The notes under the pieces were generated by a model. The model saw only the letters and a program-made list of their open reading frames with translations, ran no database searches and had not been told where the DNA came from. A DNA stretch of 63,878 bases, counting the filler, from Octopus bimaculoides (lineage: Eukaryota), in assembly GCF_001194135.2 (NCBI RefSeq). It is 8 parts of 6 records of this genome, joined end to end, with 100 filler letters (N's around TTAATTAATTAA, not from the genome) between each part and the next. Parts side by side here need not be neighbours in the genome. Positions count along the whole stretch, not along the records: positions 1 to 15,459 come from NC_068986.1; positions 15,560 to 18,370 come from NW_026424638.1; positions 18,471 to 36,574 come from NC_068987.1; 5 more parts are not named here. One strand, written 5' to 3'. A program made the translations under genes and the position numbers. Below, piece by piece: positions 13,362 to 25,452 of this stretch (position 1 is the stretch's first letter; the number at the start of each line of letters is the position of its first letter).

Positions 13362-14399
13362 ATTCAAAAATAAAATTGCGAAAGACAAAAAGAGAAGCGA
13401 ACATTTAATCCAGCGAGAAAAGTATTGAAAATAACCGTTAACAGATATGTATGTGTAAACGCCCTCGGGCAAGCTGCATGGCATGAGTACACACGCTCAT
13501 ACAAACATTAGCAAATATGTGACCATACGCATACGCGAGGTTAGGCGTACTCATGATTACAAAGCGAGTTAGATATTTAGTACATTAACGTAGCATCCAG
13601 CCATCCACGGATGCGAATTTTTTGCTTCTCGCCACATACGTTGTCTTTTGCCAGATAGGCCGTCGTTGCTTCCTTAGAAGCCATGTCTATTTTTTTTGTT
13701 TTCACCAAAAATATCTTATAAATTATTGTCCTCCTTTTTGTAGTGTGTGTAACATCGCCTGGTGGCGTCAGCTTTACACCGTTCCCATCCTTTTATAGGA
13801 GGTATTTGTATTTATCCAGTTCGTTGAATTTTATGTTTACAGTTTCTCTAACAATGGTAGCTACTGCTGCGAAATTTACGTTTATTTTTTTCTGGTAGTC
13901 CTGTTTTCATTTGTACATTCCGTTTTTCTTTGGTATTTGGTAACTCCGGCAATATTTCGTGTAGTAATTCAAGAAGTTCGCTTTGGTGGGCCTTTTCTGA
14001 GCTAACGTTGCTCATTTTTGTTTGTTTTTCAAAAAATAAACAAAAATATAATGTTCACTCCTTTAAAAGGGGGAAAATCCCGAAAAACAAATCTGCTAAT
14101 AGCAGCACGTGTGTTGTTATTTACACCAAAGCAGCAACAAAAATTAATTCAACAAGACAATAACTATAGCACTCGCACGAAACACAATTGCACTCTCCAG
14201 TATGGTAAGATAAAACCGAATTTTTATTTAACCATGTTGGTCTACGCAAAGACAGGACGTTACAAAGACAGACAAGGGGTTGAGGAACGAATGATTAACA
14301 ACAGGAAGTTAGACATACAGTTAAAATAGATGAAAAACATGGAAATCGAGTGGATTAAAACAGAATGGAGTGAGGGACCCGACTAACCTCACAAACCAC

Positions 14400-14630
14400 G
14401 TACCAACGCAGAAACTTGTGATTTTTTCCTTTTTGTTCTCACTCCAGTAGGTTCATTCACTCTCAACATGCTCACAATGATATTCCATCTTTTCTCGAAT
14501 GCACTTTGTGACAGGCATCTCTCCAGCCTTATTTTCCTTTTTAGGAGGGAAAGGAAAAGTTGACCAACCCAAGGCTGCCGTCACAATCCCTTTCATTCAC
14601 GTCTTCCATACTACCTCCTTCGCGACAGTC
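14400..14630 (-). mobile_element. 3' end fragment of an L1/Tx1-like LINE
   Basis: Minus strand reads ...VAKEVVWKT*MKGI...KRKIRLERCLSQSAFEKRWNIIVSMLRVNE, resembling a LINE ORF2 C-terminus. Confidence 0.4.
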
Positions 14631-14637
14631 ACTACAC

Positions 14638-14923
14638 AATTATACATATATAGTTATATCTATTCCAATATTTCGCTTGTGTATACTGATGCTAATAAAC
14701 TGGAATTAGAACTCAATTTAAGTATACTTCAGAAACAAGAGTTAATCGAATACAGGGCGTAATAAGAAATTAAACGAATACAAGGAATCAAGAAATTATG
14801 TAATTAACTTCATTAACATACAGTTGTTTCTGATATATAATATAAGGCACTCAAAGCTGAGTGCTTGTGTATCCACTTATAGCTTCGTCAGAGCTTCAAA
14901 AGTGAAGTGCAATCTGTATATAA

Positions 14924-15019
<96 letters not shown>

Positions 15020-15345
15020 GTGTTTGTGAGTGTGTATGTGTGTGTGTGTGTGTGTGTATACAGATTGCACTTCACTTTTGATGCTCTGACGAAGCTATAA
15101 GTGGATACACAAGCACTCAGCTTTAAGTGCCTTACATTTACATTATATATCAGAAACAACTGTAAGTTAATGAAGTTAATTACATAATTTCTTGATTCCT
15201 TGTATTCGTTTAATTTCTTATTATACCCTCTATTCAATTAACGCTTGTTTCTGAAGTATACTTAAATTGAGTTCTAATTCCAGTTTATTAGCATCAGTAT
15301 ACACAAGCCAAATATTGGAATAGATATAACTATATATGTATAATT
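14638..15345. repeat. Near-perfect palindrome (fold-back) of about 710 bp centred on (CA)n(TA)n(TG)n
   Basis: The left arm (14638 to about 14920) is the reverse complement of the right arm (about 15058-15345), with only scattered substitutions and small indels. The microsatellite centre is itself self-complementary. Confidence 0.95.
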
Positions 15346-15459
15346 ATATATGTATAGGCATTCTTTTATTCTTTCATTCTTCTACTAGTTTCAGCTCGGA
15401 GGCTGCGACCAATCTAAAGCATTTGATAGGATGAAAATCGGTATCTGGTGGTGGTCCTT

Positions 15460-15559
15460 NNNNNNNNNNNNNNNNNNNNNNNNNNNNNNNNNNNNNNNNN
15501 NNNTTAATTAATTAANNNNNNNNNNNNNNNNNNNNNNNNNNNNNNNNNNNNNNNNNNNN
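15460..15559. other. Synthetic contig spacer (44 N + TTAATTAATTAA + 44 N)
   Basis: The identical 100-bp construct also occurs at 18371-18470, 36575-36674, 44979-45078, 49956-50055, 56781-56880 and 61079-61178. The 12-mer puts stop codons in all six frames. Confidence 0.95.
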
Positions 15560-15769
15560 CCCCACCACCACTACCACCACCACCACCACCATCAGTCTCC
15601 AAATCAAGGTAGCAGTTTGTCCGTCCCTGCTAGCTACCGACCAACTCTATTAAGTGTCTTTTCAATCTTCACTTGACTGTTAAAAACAGGTAAAGGTCGC
15701 CCAGGTCAAACCTCTCTCATTTACTCCGCGCTCTCTCTCTCTCTTCCTCCCTCCCTCCCCTCGTCCCTC

Positions 15770-16010
15770 TGTCTATCTATCTATCTATCTACCTATCTAT
15801 CTATATGTATCTATCAACTTGTCTGTCTATCCATTTATCTATCTATCTACCTGTCTATCTACCTATCTATCTGTTTGTCTATCTATCTATATATCTATCT
15901 ATTTATCTAGCTTGCTATGAATCTATCTATCTTTCTATCTATCTATCTCCCTATATGTCCATCTATCTGTCTGTTTATCTTTCTATCTACAAGTGTCTGT
16001 CTGTCTGTTT
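15770..16010. repeat. (TCTA/TCTG)n microsatellite
   Basis: Direct reading. Complementary (GATA/GACA)n tracts occur at about 17715-17865 and 53455-53640. Confidence 0.95.
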
Positions 16011-16139
16011 GTCTTCTGCCTGTCGTAATTCCCGCTTTGTTCTTTCTGTCTTGACCTAATTTTCTCCTCTCTGTCCATGTCAAAGGTGTATATTTGCATA
16101 TATATCCTCACATGCATTACATGTGAGAATATATATCCT

Positions 16140-16560
16140 TCTTTTTTTTTTTACTCGTTTCAATTATTTGACTGCGGCCATGCTGGGGCACCACCTTGAA
16201 ACATTTTTAGCTGAATGTATCGACCTAAGTACTTTTTTTGTAAGCCTGGTACTTATTCTGTCGGGGTCTTTTGCCGAACCGCTAAGTTACGAGGACGTAA
16301 GCACACCAGCACCGGTTGTCAAGCGATGGTGTGGGGAGAAACACAGACACAAAGATACACACACAAGCACACACGCACAAACACGTCACCATGTGTTGAG
16401 AGGAATTCTTTGGGGTTTGAATAATTCACCTTTGGAAACATAGGTGTTTCGTCCAACATCCTTAGACAACTCTTATTGAGGGACCTTTTGAACGGGATGG
16501 GATATTCGACCTGATGAAAATTCTAACTGGGCCCCACCTGCAAGGTCATGCGTTGTTTAT
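16140..16560 (-). mobile_element. SINE-type repeat (third family)
   Basis: The end motif TTTGACTGCGGCCATGCTGGGGCACC and body GCCGAACCGCTAAGTTACGAGGACGTAAGCACACC recur at about 40120-40300, 41820-42060, 49740-49930 and 53700-53740. Confidence 0.65.
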
Positions 16561-16868
16561 CTTGATATGGGATCACCATGTCACGGGCATGTAGTTGTGA
16601 TGCATGTGCCCTGTGTACCCTTATCAGACGGATAGTCATGATGGGTATATTGGGTTTCGTATAATTGTACCCCAATGTCACTTTGACGGCATGCACTGCT
16701 CTCCCACTCAATAATAATAATAACAATCCTTTCTAGAATAAGCACAAAATTGAGGGGAGGGGGCCAGTCGATTAGATCGACTCCAGTACGCAACTGGTAC
16801 TTAATTTATCGACCCCGAAAGGATGAAAGGCAATACAGCTTGGCACCAGTGACGTCACAACACATTTC

Positions 16869-17081
16869 GGATCTATTTTAAAACGGGGGCGCCAGTATTT
16901 TCTTAACGAAAAAGTCTTTCCGTACCAAAAGACACTACATAAGACATAAATGAAAACTGGCGCCCCCGTTTTAAAATAGATCCCAAAATAGATAAGTATA
17001 CGAAGTTTGAAAGTCTTTCCGTACCAAAAACACTACATAAAACATAAATGAAAACTGGCGCCCCCGTTTTAAAATAGATCC
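16869..17081. mobile_element. MITE with 28-bp TIRs and an 8-bp TSD (Merlin- or hAT-like)
   Basis: TIR GGATCTATTTTAAAACGGGGGCGCCAGT. TSD CACATTTC at 16861-16868 and 17082-17089. The right half, including the TIR, is tandemly duplicated. Inserted into a SINE. Confidence 0.85.
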
Positions 17082-17826
17082 CACATTTCTACAGCTGAGT
17101 GAACTGGAGCAACGTGAAATAAAGTGCCTTGCTCAAGAACACAACACAACACACAATCCCGTCCGGGAATCGAACTCACTACCTCACGATTGTGAACTCG
17201 ACCCTCTAACCACTGAGCCACGTGCCAACCATCTCACAAAACCAGATACACAAGCTAAGATGGCTACAAATAATACCTATAAACACTCCGGCCTACCAAC
17301 CCGACAAACCTGCCAGCCTGCGCGGCCCACCAGCCCGCCAGCCATACTGCTAGAACTCACCGACCCACCAACTAACCGTCCAGCCAGCAAGCCGACCAAC
17401 CCGTCAAGCTTGGACAGTGGACAATTCGTTATTAAGGTAGACAGCTGAGTGTCTTACTGCCCCACAGCTGTCTCTTCAGACCGTTGATGGTCTCCGACAC
17501 TGTCTTGTGTCCACTCACACACGATCACACTCTCTCACCACCTCTCTATTTCTCTCTCTCTATCTATCTATCTCTGTTTCACACGTACAGACTAAACACC
17601 TTTCTCCCACTCTCTCTCTCTTTCTTAGCTCTTTCTCTCTCTCTTAGTTCTCTCTCTCTCTCTCTTAGTTCTCTCTCTCATGGTTTCTCTTAATCTCTCG
17701 ATCTATTTGTCCATAGACAGACAGACAGACGGATAGATAGATAGATAGATAAATAGGTAGAGAGAGAGAGACAGAGACAGACAGATAGACAGACAGATAG
17801 ATAGATAGATAGATAGATAGATATAT

Positions 17827-17865
<39 letters not shown>

Positions 17866-17959
17866 CGCAAACATGACAAACACACGCACACAAAGACACA
17901 AAACACAATGATACAGTAACACAAATACAAAATCATACACACACACATACAGGTACGTA

Positions 17960-18197
17960 GATCAACCAATCAGATTGCTTCTAAGCGGTCGGTCGGTCGC
18001 CCTGTTAGAAAGTGCAGCCAAACACCCTTGTAATCCCAAAACTTTTTAACTAACATCTGGATTAAAAAACAACAGCATCGGACAATGTTAGTGGAAGTTG
18101 TATACATTAAGATGGGGTGGTCAAGGCCGGAACAAATTTGATCATAGGACTTTCGGATCAGGACTAACAACGGCGTATATTTACTGACAAAGTAAGT
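17960..18197 (+). promoter_or_regulatory. Candidate UGDH promoter and non-coding first exon
   Basis: CpG-retaining unique sequence with an AACCAATCAG (NF-Y-type CCAAT) box at about 17964 and a strong donor AAA|GTAAGT at 18192. The first coding exon begins with an acceptor, so an upstream 5'UTR exon must exist. A synthetic spacer lies between this site and the coding exon. Confidence 0.35.
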
Positions 18198-18470
18198 TCT
18201 ATATTTTCGTTATTGCGGTGGCGCAGGGAGGTGCTGTTGATGGCAGTGGTGTCTTTACGCGCTTAGGACACTTTGACAAGTATACGGTGTGTCAGGTTGA
18301 TATAAACACACCTATATATTTATATTTATATATATGCGTGTGTGTAAGGCCAGGTATTTATTCTATCGGTNNNNNNNNNNNNNNNNNNNNNNNNNNNNNN
18401 NNNNNNNNNNNNNNTTAATTAATTAANNNNNNNNNNNNNNNNNNNNNNNNNNNNNNNNNNNNNNNNNNNN

Positions 18471-20010
18471 CCAGTAACTGAAAAAGCTCTTTCCGACTGG
18501 ACACTAGTTACTTTAGTTGTAAGCAATGCTCTATAAAATTTCTCGAGCTTTTCACTTCTGTTCGAAGTTGCTTCAAAATATTCAAATTCTTTAGAGATTT
18601 CAAATCCATCTGCTACTATCTTGGGCTCTTAGTTCATTTTCTTCATTGCGCTTGTGTATTCACGCATGTGTTCGTTACCTTCGTAAGTAGATGGGACAAC
18701 AGTAACATTTGTTTTTAGGTCTCCTCCTATTTCATTTTTTTTGTATAATTCTGTTGTGTTCTCAGTGTCATGTTCAGGAAATAATCTCCTATATGTTTGT
18801 TCAGCATACTTCCTTAAATGTTGTTTCGTTAAAAAAAGAAAAGGTCCAGAAATTAATTCATCTTTAAACTTCCTTGGGTTATGTAAATACCTCAAGAGAA
18901 TCAAGGTTTCAACATTTCTTCTCTTATTATATCTATGCATAAGTCTTTCACGAAGATTTAGAGCCAAAGGGTTACCGACGATATTAAGCTTATTCAATAA
19001 AATTCTATAGAATATTCCGCTTTCAGTAAATCCATATCATCAGTGCAAATAGCCTTCAAAATAATTTCTACTGGATGCAGAATTTCATTTAGTAAATCGA
19101 GAGATTTCCATTCTTCGTCAGCCACGGCATCTGTGGAAAGTACTGCTTGTAGAAGCATTTGGAATGCAGCTTTTCAATTTCAAAAATCTCTCAATCATAT
19201 GGAATGTGCTATTCCACCTAATTCTGCAATCCAGTATAAGTTTATACTCTCTGTTATCAAACTTCGCTCGTACAAAATCTTGCAAAATTTCGTTTTTTTG
19301 TAGGCAATGTGTGAGACATTGTTGGTGATCAGGTCTTATTTCTTTTCCGAATTTCACCATCATAGAAGCACCATCCGTCGTACAGCCAACAATGTGTATA
19401 TCCAAATCCAATCCAAATTCACGAAGATGTCCTCTCACAAATTGCTCTGTTTTCCTGCTATTAAGGGAGCCGTGGATCTCAATAAGACCCAACGACCAAT
19501 GATTGTCTTTCCCATGAACATTTATGTTCATATATCGTTTATTTTGAATTGATGTGTATTCATCCAATGTCAATGAGTAGCGAATCCCCAGCNNNNNNNN
19601 NNNNNNNNNNNNNNNNNNNNNNNNNNNNNNNNNNNNNNNNNNNNNNNNNNNNNNNNNNNNNNNNNNNNNNNNNNNNNNNNNNNNNNNNNNNNNNNNNNNN
19701 NNNNNNNNNNNNNNNNNNNNNNNNNNNNNNNNNNNNNNNNNNNNNNNNNNNNNNNNNNNNNNNNNNNNNNNNNNNNNNNNNNNNNNNNNNNNNNNNNNNN
19801 NNNNNNNNNNNNNNNNNNNNNNNNNNNNNNNNNNNNNNNNNNNNNNNNNNNNNNNNNNNNNNNNNNNNNNNNNNNNNNNNNNNNNNNNNNNNNNNNNNNN
19901 NNNNNAGATCCTCCAGAAGACTTCATGATCTTATCACACTTATTGCATTGAGCTTCATCTTTGTTTTTCCTATTGAAAAAATTCCAAACAGTTGATTTTC
20001 TTTTTATCAT
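18471..20010 (-). mobile_element. Degenerate hAT transposase (BED finger, DDE core, hATC dimerisation domain)
   Basis: BED zinc finger MIKRKSTVWNFF..EAQCNKCDKIMKSSGGS, followed by TLDEYTS, TTDGASMM and DCRIRWNSTFHMIERFLKLK, and a C-terminal TSVQSERAFSVTG. Contains frameshifts and an N gap. Confidence 0.92.
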
Positions 20011-20458
20011 GTTAGGGCTAATGAAAATTATTAAGAAAAAATTTAGTTAGTGTTACTTCCTTGAAATGAATCTGGAACTGATTATTACATATGTTCAACG
20101 GGAAAGATCACCTGACTGAAGACTAACAGCGTCCCCTTGACTTGCTATGAATAAACTCGGTTACCTCCAAATTCAAAGAGTCAGCCAGGGGTTAGCGAAG
20201 GAAATGACAAGGTGCTGATTTAAGGTTCAAGGGGAGAGAAGGTGAGAATTGATATGTTGCGATATGTTTCAATGAAACAGACAGCGCTCTCAACTAAAGG
20301 TGACCAACAACAGTTCAGTTAGTTCAGTTTCAACGATATTTCTTCAAAAGAAAAAAATGGAGAAATGTTTTGTAAAAAAAAAAATAGAAACAACAAGCAT
20401 TAAAATCGGTTTTGGCAAATCCGTTNNNNNNNNNNGATACAAAGAATAGAAAAGAGTC

Positions 20459-21139
20459 TGTAATAAGGACGTTAAAAGTAAGTCCAGACACCAGGATGTG
20501 AAATACCAGTTCTCAGTTAAAGTACACAGTAGTTGAAAGTCTGTATATAAGAGGTTTAGGCGTTGAGGCAGAGCTAAGTCACTTGTCGTGCAGTTGAGGC
20601 TTCTATGCCGGGCCGGGCTACTTGATACAGATGGTTGCTCGCAGGTGTCGAATTCTGGCTGTTATTTCGTGGTGAACAATTCACACAAACAGGGTTGAGA
20701 AGAGAAGCTGCAGTTGCTGTTTGGTTGCTTGTGTACATAGGGTCGTGTTGACGCTGGCGACGTTGGAGACAAAAGTTGTAGTAAACAGTTGAATGATGGA
20801 GTTGATGTCGTTGCTGGAAACTGGCTGGTTGGTGTTACGTGGTCAACGACCAGATCTTAGAAGATCTGAAGCCGCAACAAAGTGGCGCGTATAAAGCAGG
20901 CTATTTATAGGTACAAGGAGGTTCCAGAGAGCATCAGAAAACACTCTCTCACGTGACCTTATCAGATGCCCACGATTGGCCGGTTTGCACCTTGGCGCGA
21001 AAGGACTGGAGACAATTGCCGCGCAAATAATAGTCAGTCAGGTGATGGACAACAGCCGGGGTCCAAGGCGGGAAAGAGATGTTACCTGCTACGTTTGCAT
21101 TTGTAAATAAATAACCGTGAGAGAGGTGGTTTCACTACA
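20459..21139 (-). mobile_element. Probable solo LTR
   Basis: TGTA...TACA termini, GC/CpG-rich, with a minus-strand CTATAAATAG (about 20901-20910), a CCAAT box (about 20975) and CACGTG. No TSD or PBS is visible. Confidence 0.45.
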
Positions 21140-22123
21140 TCCTCAATAGCAGATATCAATGGGTCTTTGGTATTGTGAGCATACTTGTTGATCTTCATCT
21201 TAATGATACCCCAAACATAGTAGTTGAGGGGGGTTAAATCAAGAGAGCTAAGAGGTTAGATGAGATAAATGATCATGAAAATCTTCAGCTATCCACTTTT
21301 GGGTCATGCAGGCTATGTGAGGAGAAGATTCTTACTGGGACACTTACAGCCTCCTACTAGCAACTCTCTCAATCCAGGGCTTGACAACCATCTCCGTTGT
21401 CTTGATGTAGGCTTCCACATTGGCCCTGAGACCTCACAAGAAAAAGTGAGGAAGTATGACATGGCCCTCATTGCTCATAGCCCCCAAGACCATCACAGAT
21501 AATGAAAACTTGGTGTTATAACAATGGGGACTTCAGTGGCGCTGGTAACAAGCCATCTGTCACTCTTCTGGTTCTATTTTTGATCTCAGACAAAGTTAAT
21601 TTCTGTGAAGAACCAGAACATATCAGGCTCCATGTGGTGCTTTAGTTTGTTCAGCAGGCACTTTGATCAAATCACATAATTCTCCCTGGACTTATGAGAC
21701 CTGAACTGCCCTTTTCTCATGACAAAGGGGTGCATGGTGTCTTCATGCAGCACATGTCTAACACACGGAGATGACTGGTAATAGCATTGATTTACTGGGA
21801 CTTTCATTGATGATGCTCTAGACTTGCTGGACAAATTCAACTTTTCTGACAATGTCTGACTGTCAGAATGTTTACTTTTGGTCAGGGAATGCATATTCTA
21901 GGCAGAGGTCAGGAGCTTTTTTTTAAGCTTAAACACGAAGGACCTGTTCACATTTAAGGAGGATGCAATCTCAGTCACTGTGCTTGGTGGTTAAGGTGAT
22001 GGGAATGGCATACCTTTTCATCATCTGTGTTATATTCAAAGCTTCCATTCTTCAGCTGAAAAAGAAGAGGACACAAAGTTTGTGCCACTTATAGTTTTGT
22101 TCTGAAATAGCTGATGCACCCTG
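21140..22123 (-). mobile_element. Degenerate Tc1/mariner transposase, probably maT/DD37D type
   Basis: Terminus CAGGGTG at 22123. Reads KRYAI..EIASSLNVNRSFVFKLKK, MFWFFTEINF, TQKWIAEDFHDH, and PLSSLDLTPLNYYVWGIIK (degenerate SPDLNPLDYYVWG). The 3' end is truncated by the LTR-like element. Confidence 0.8.
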
Positions 22124-22128
22124 TGTAT

Positions 22129-22154
<26 letters not shown>

Positions 22155-22164
<10 letters not shown>

Positions 22165-23420
22165 CATCATCATCATCATTATTATCATCATCTTTTAACA
22201 TCTGTTGTCCATGCTGGCATGGATTGGACAGTTTGACCAGGGTTGGTAAGCTGAGGGGCTGCACCAGACTCCAGTCTGATTTAGCATGGTTTCTATGTCT
22301 GGATGCCCTTCTTAACACCATTCACTCTGAGAGTGTAATTGGTGCTTTTATGTGCCACCAGCATGTATGCCAGCTGCATGATGCCAGTATCTGCCATGAC
22401 TATGATTTCACTTGGTTTGATGGGTCTTCTCAAGCACAGCTTAATGCCAAAGGTTTCAATCATTTGTCATTGCCTCTATGAGTCTCAGCATTTGAAAGGT
22501 GCTTTCTATGTGCCACTGGCACGGGTGCTAGTTACGCAACACTGGCATTGGCCACATTGCCTCTGTGAGGCCCAACGCTCAAAAGGTGCTTTTTATGAGC
22601 CACTGGCATGGATGCCAGTTATGTGATACTAACAACAGCCACAACTATGATTTCACTTAGCTTGTCAGGTCTTCTCAAGCACAGCATATCGCCAAAGGTC
22701 TTGGTCATTAGTCATTGCCTCCATGAGGCTCAACATTCAAAGATCTTGCTTCACCACCTTGTCCCATGTCTTCCGGGGTCTCCCTCTTCCACAGCATCCT
22801 TCCACTGGTAGAGATTGGCACTTCTTCACACAGCTGTCCACATCTATACACATCATATGACGATACCAATACAGTCTGATGCCTCTTATGTCCAACTTTT
22901 CTCTCAATACATTTACACTGTCGTACATGCACACTGACATTGCACATCCAGTGAAGCATATTAGCTTCATTTCTTTCAAGTCTACAACACATCCTCAGGC
23001 AGCCACAGCTCATGTTTCGCTACCATGTAGCATGGCTGTTCACACACAGGCATCATGCAATCTGCCTTTCACTCTGAGAGAAAGGTCCTTTGTTACCAAC
23101 AGAGGTAGGAGTTCTCTGAACTTTGCCCAGCCTATTCTTTTTCTTACAGCTACACTCTCAGAGCATCCACCCCAGCTACCAGCTTGGTCACCTAGGTAAT
23201 GGAAACTATCAACTATTTCTAGTTTTTGCCCCTGGCATTTGATGGAGTTTATTTTCTGTACATTTTTAGTGTTAATTGTACCTGTGCACCTTCCACACAC
23301 AAAAACTAGTTTCCCTGTTAACCTTCCTCTGATATTATTGCACCTCTTATGTGTCTATAGCTTATACCAGGTACATCTTATGGAATGTCTACCTACTCCT
23401 TTCATATCTTATGGAATTTC
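22155..23420 (-). mobile_element. 5'-truncated RTE-clade LINE (RT C-terminus, 3'UTR, (GAT)n tail)
   Basis: Reads KGVGRHSIRC..THKRC, VDSFHYLGDQ, RIGWAKFRELLPLLVTK and GRGRPRKTW. 3'UTR with a CATCATCAT tail at about 22155-22190. Confidence 0.9.
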
Positions 23421-23429
23421 TACCTCAGT

Positions 23430-23850
23430 TGACTGCAAGTCATTGGAGCCTTTCACTTCACAAACTCCAATGGCACAATGAAAGCAAGAACATGACACAT
23501 CATCATCACATACAGTGACACGTCGCTGCATGGGTGGCAACTCAAAGTATCATTCCCAGGTCAAGTTCATGTGTTCACATGGCTCTCAGGCCATGCGTTC
23601 CTACTTTGACTCAGGTGTAGCAGGTGGCCTGGGACCCAAAAGATGGTGATCCACACCTCATTGGGATGAGGCCAGAGGAAACTCTGGTAGAAGTCCAAAG
23701 CGCCTCTGATGTACAAATCGATCGTTGGAACCAGGGGTAGGGATGAAAGACTCTTTGAGCCATCTAGTAGCTGGTTCCCTCCAAAGTTTCCTTCAGGATA
23801 GCTGGTGCCAGTGGGAGAATGATATGCAATTCTCTCTGGTAAAGCGAATA
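23430..23850 (+). pseudogene. Degenerate 28S (LSU) rRNA fragment, D3 expansion segment and downstream conserved core
   Basis: Conserved LSU motifs are recognisable with substitutions: GGCACAATGAAAG, GACCCAAAAGATGGTGA, CCAGAGGAAACTCTGGT, CCATCTAGTAGCTGGTTCCCTCCAAAGTTTCCTTCAGGATAGCTGG, GGTAAAGCGAAT. Many of the changes are CpG to TpG/CpA. Confidence 0.92.
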
Positions 23851-24374
23851 GGATATATATATATAACAACAAATGGATAATGTGTCAATTCACTACAGTT
23901 GTTTCCAATGAATTTTTAATTGATTAATAGAGATATTACATCATTAGAACAAAACATTTCCATCAGGTGAATACATGAACTATAACACTCTAAAACATTC
24001 AAAATGTTTCTAATGCTGTAATGTTTCCCTTAATCAATTAAAAATCCGTCAGAACAGTTATAGTGAATTGACATATTATCCATCTTATTTTTCATTTATT
24101 TATTATTCACCTTCCTTAGAATGTGCTTCTTGCATAGATCTGAAATATATTATGGACCGCATATTTAGTGCAATGTGCGTTACTTGATTAGCCTCAGGGC
24201 TATTGATATACACAGTTGGGTACACTTAAACGTATACATAGCCTAAATATCTTTCTGCCTGTACCCCAGCACTCATGTATGTATTCCTCTATTTTTGTTG
24301 TGTACACATTCTGCTCTTTGATCCGACCTGCTGCCTTACCGTTTAAGTGCTTGATTCATTTGAATCCTGTTCTA

Positions 24375-25452
<1,078 letters not shown>

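Noticed and set aside
13600-14330. Broken reading frames resembling LINE ORF1 or similar
   Set aside because: No diagnostic motif. Assignment would be a guess.
15504-15515. Repeated TTAATTAATTAA motif as a possible biological site
   Set aside because: Always centred in identical 44-N flanks, so it is a synthetic linker.
16420-16490. GACGAAACACC within a SINE as a possible hammerhead
   Set aside because: The core reads CTCAATA and stem I does not pair.
23567-23872. 101-aa minus-strand ORF
   Set aside because: This is the antisense reading of the 28S rRNA fragment, a well-known source of spurious ORFs.
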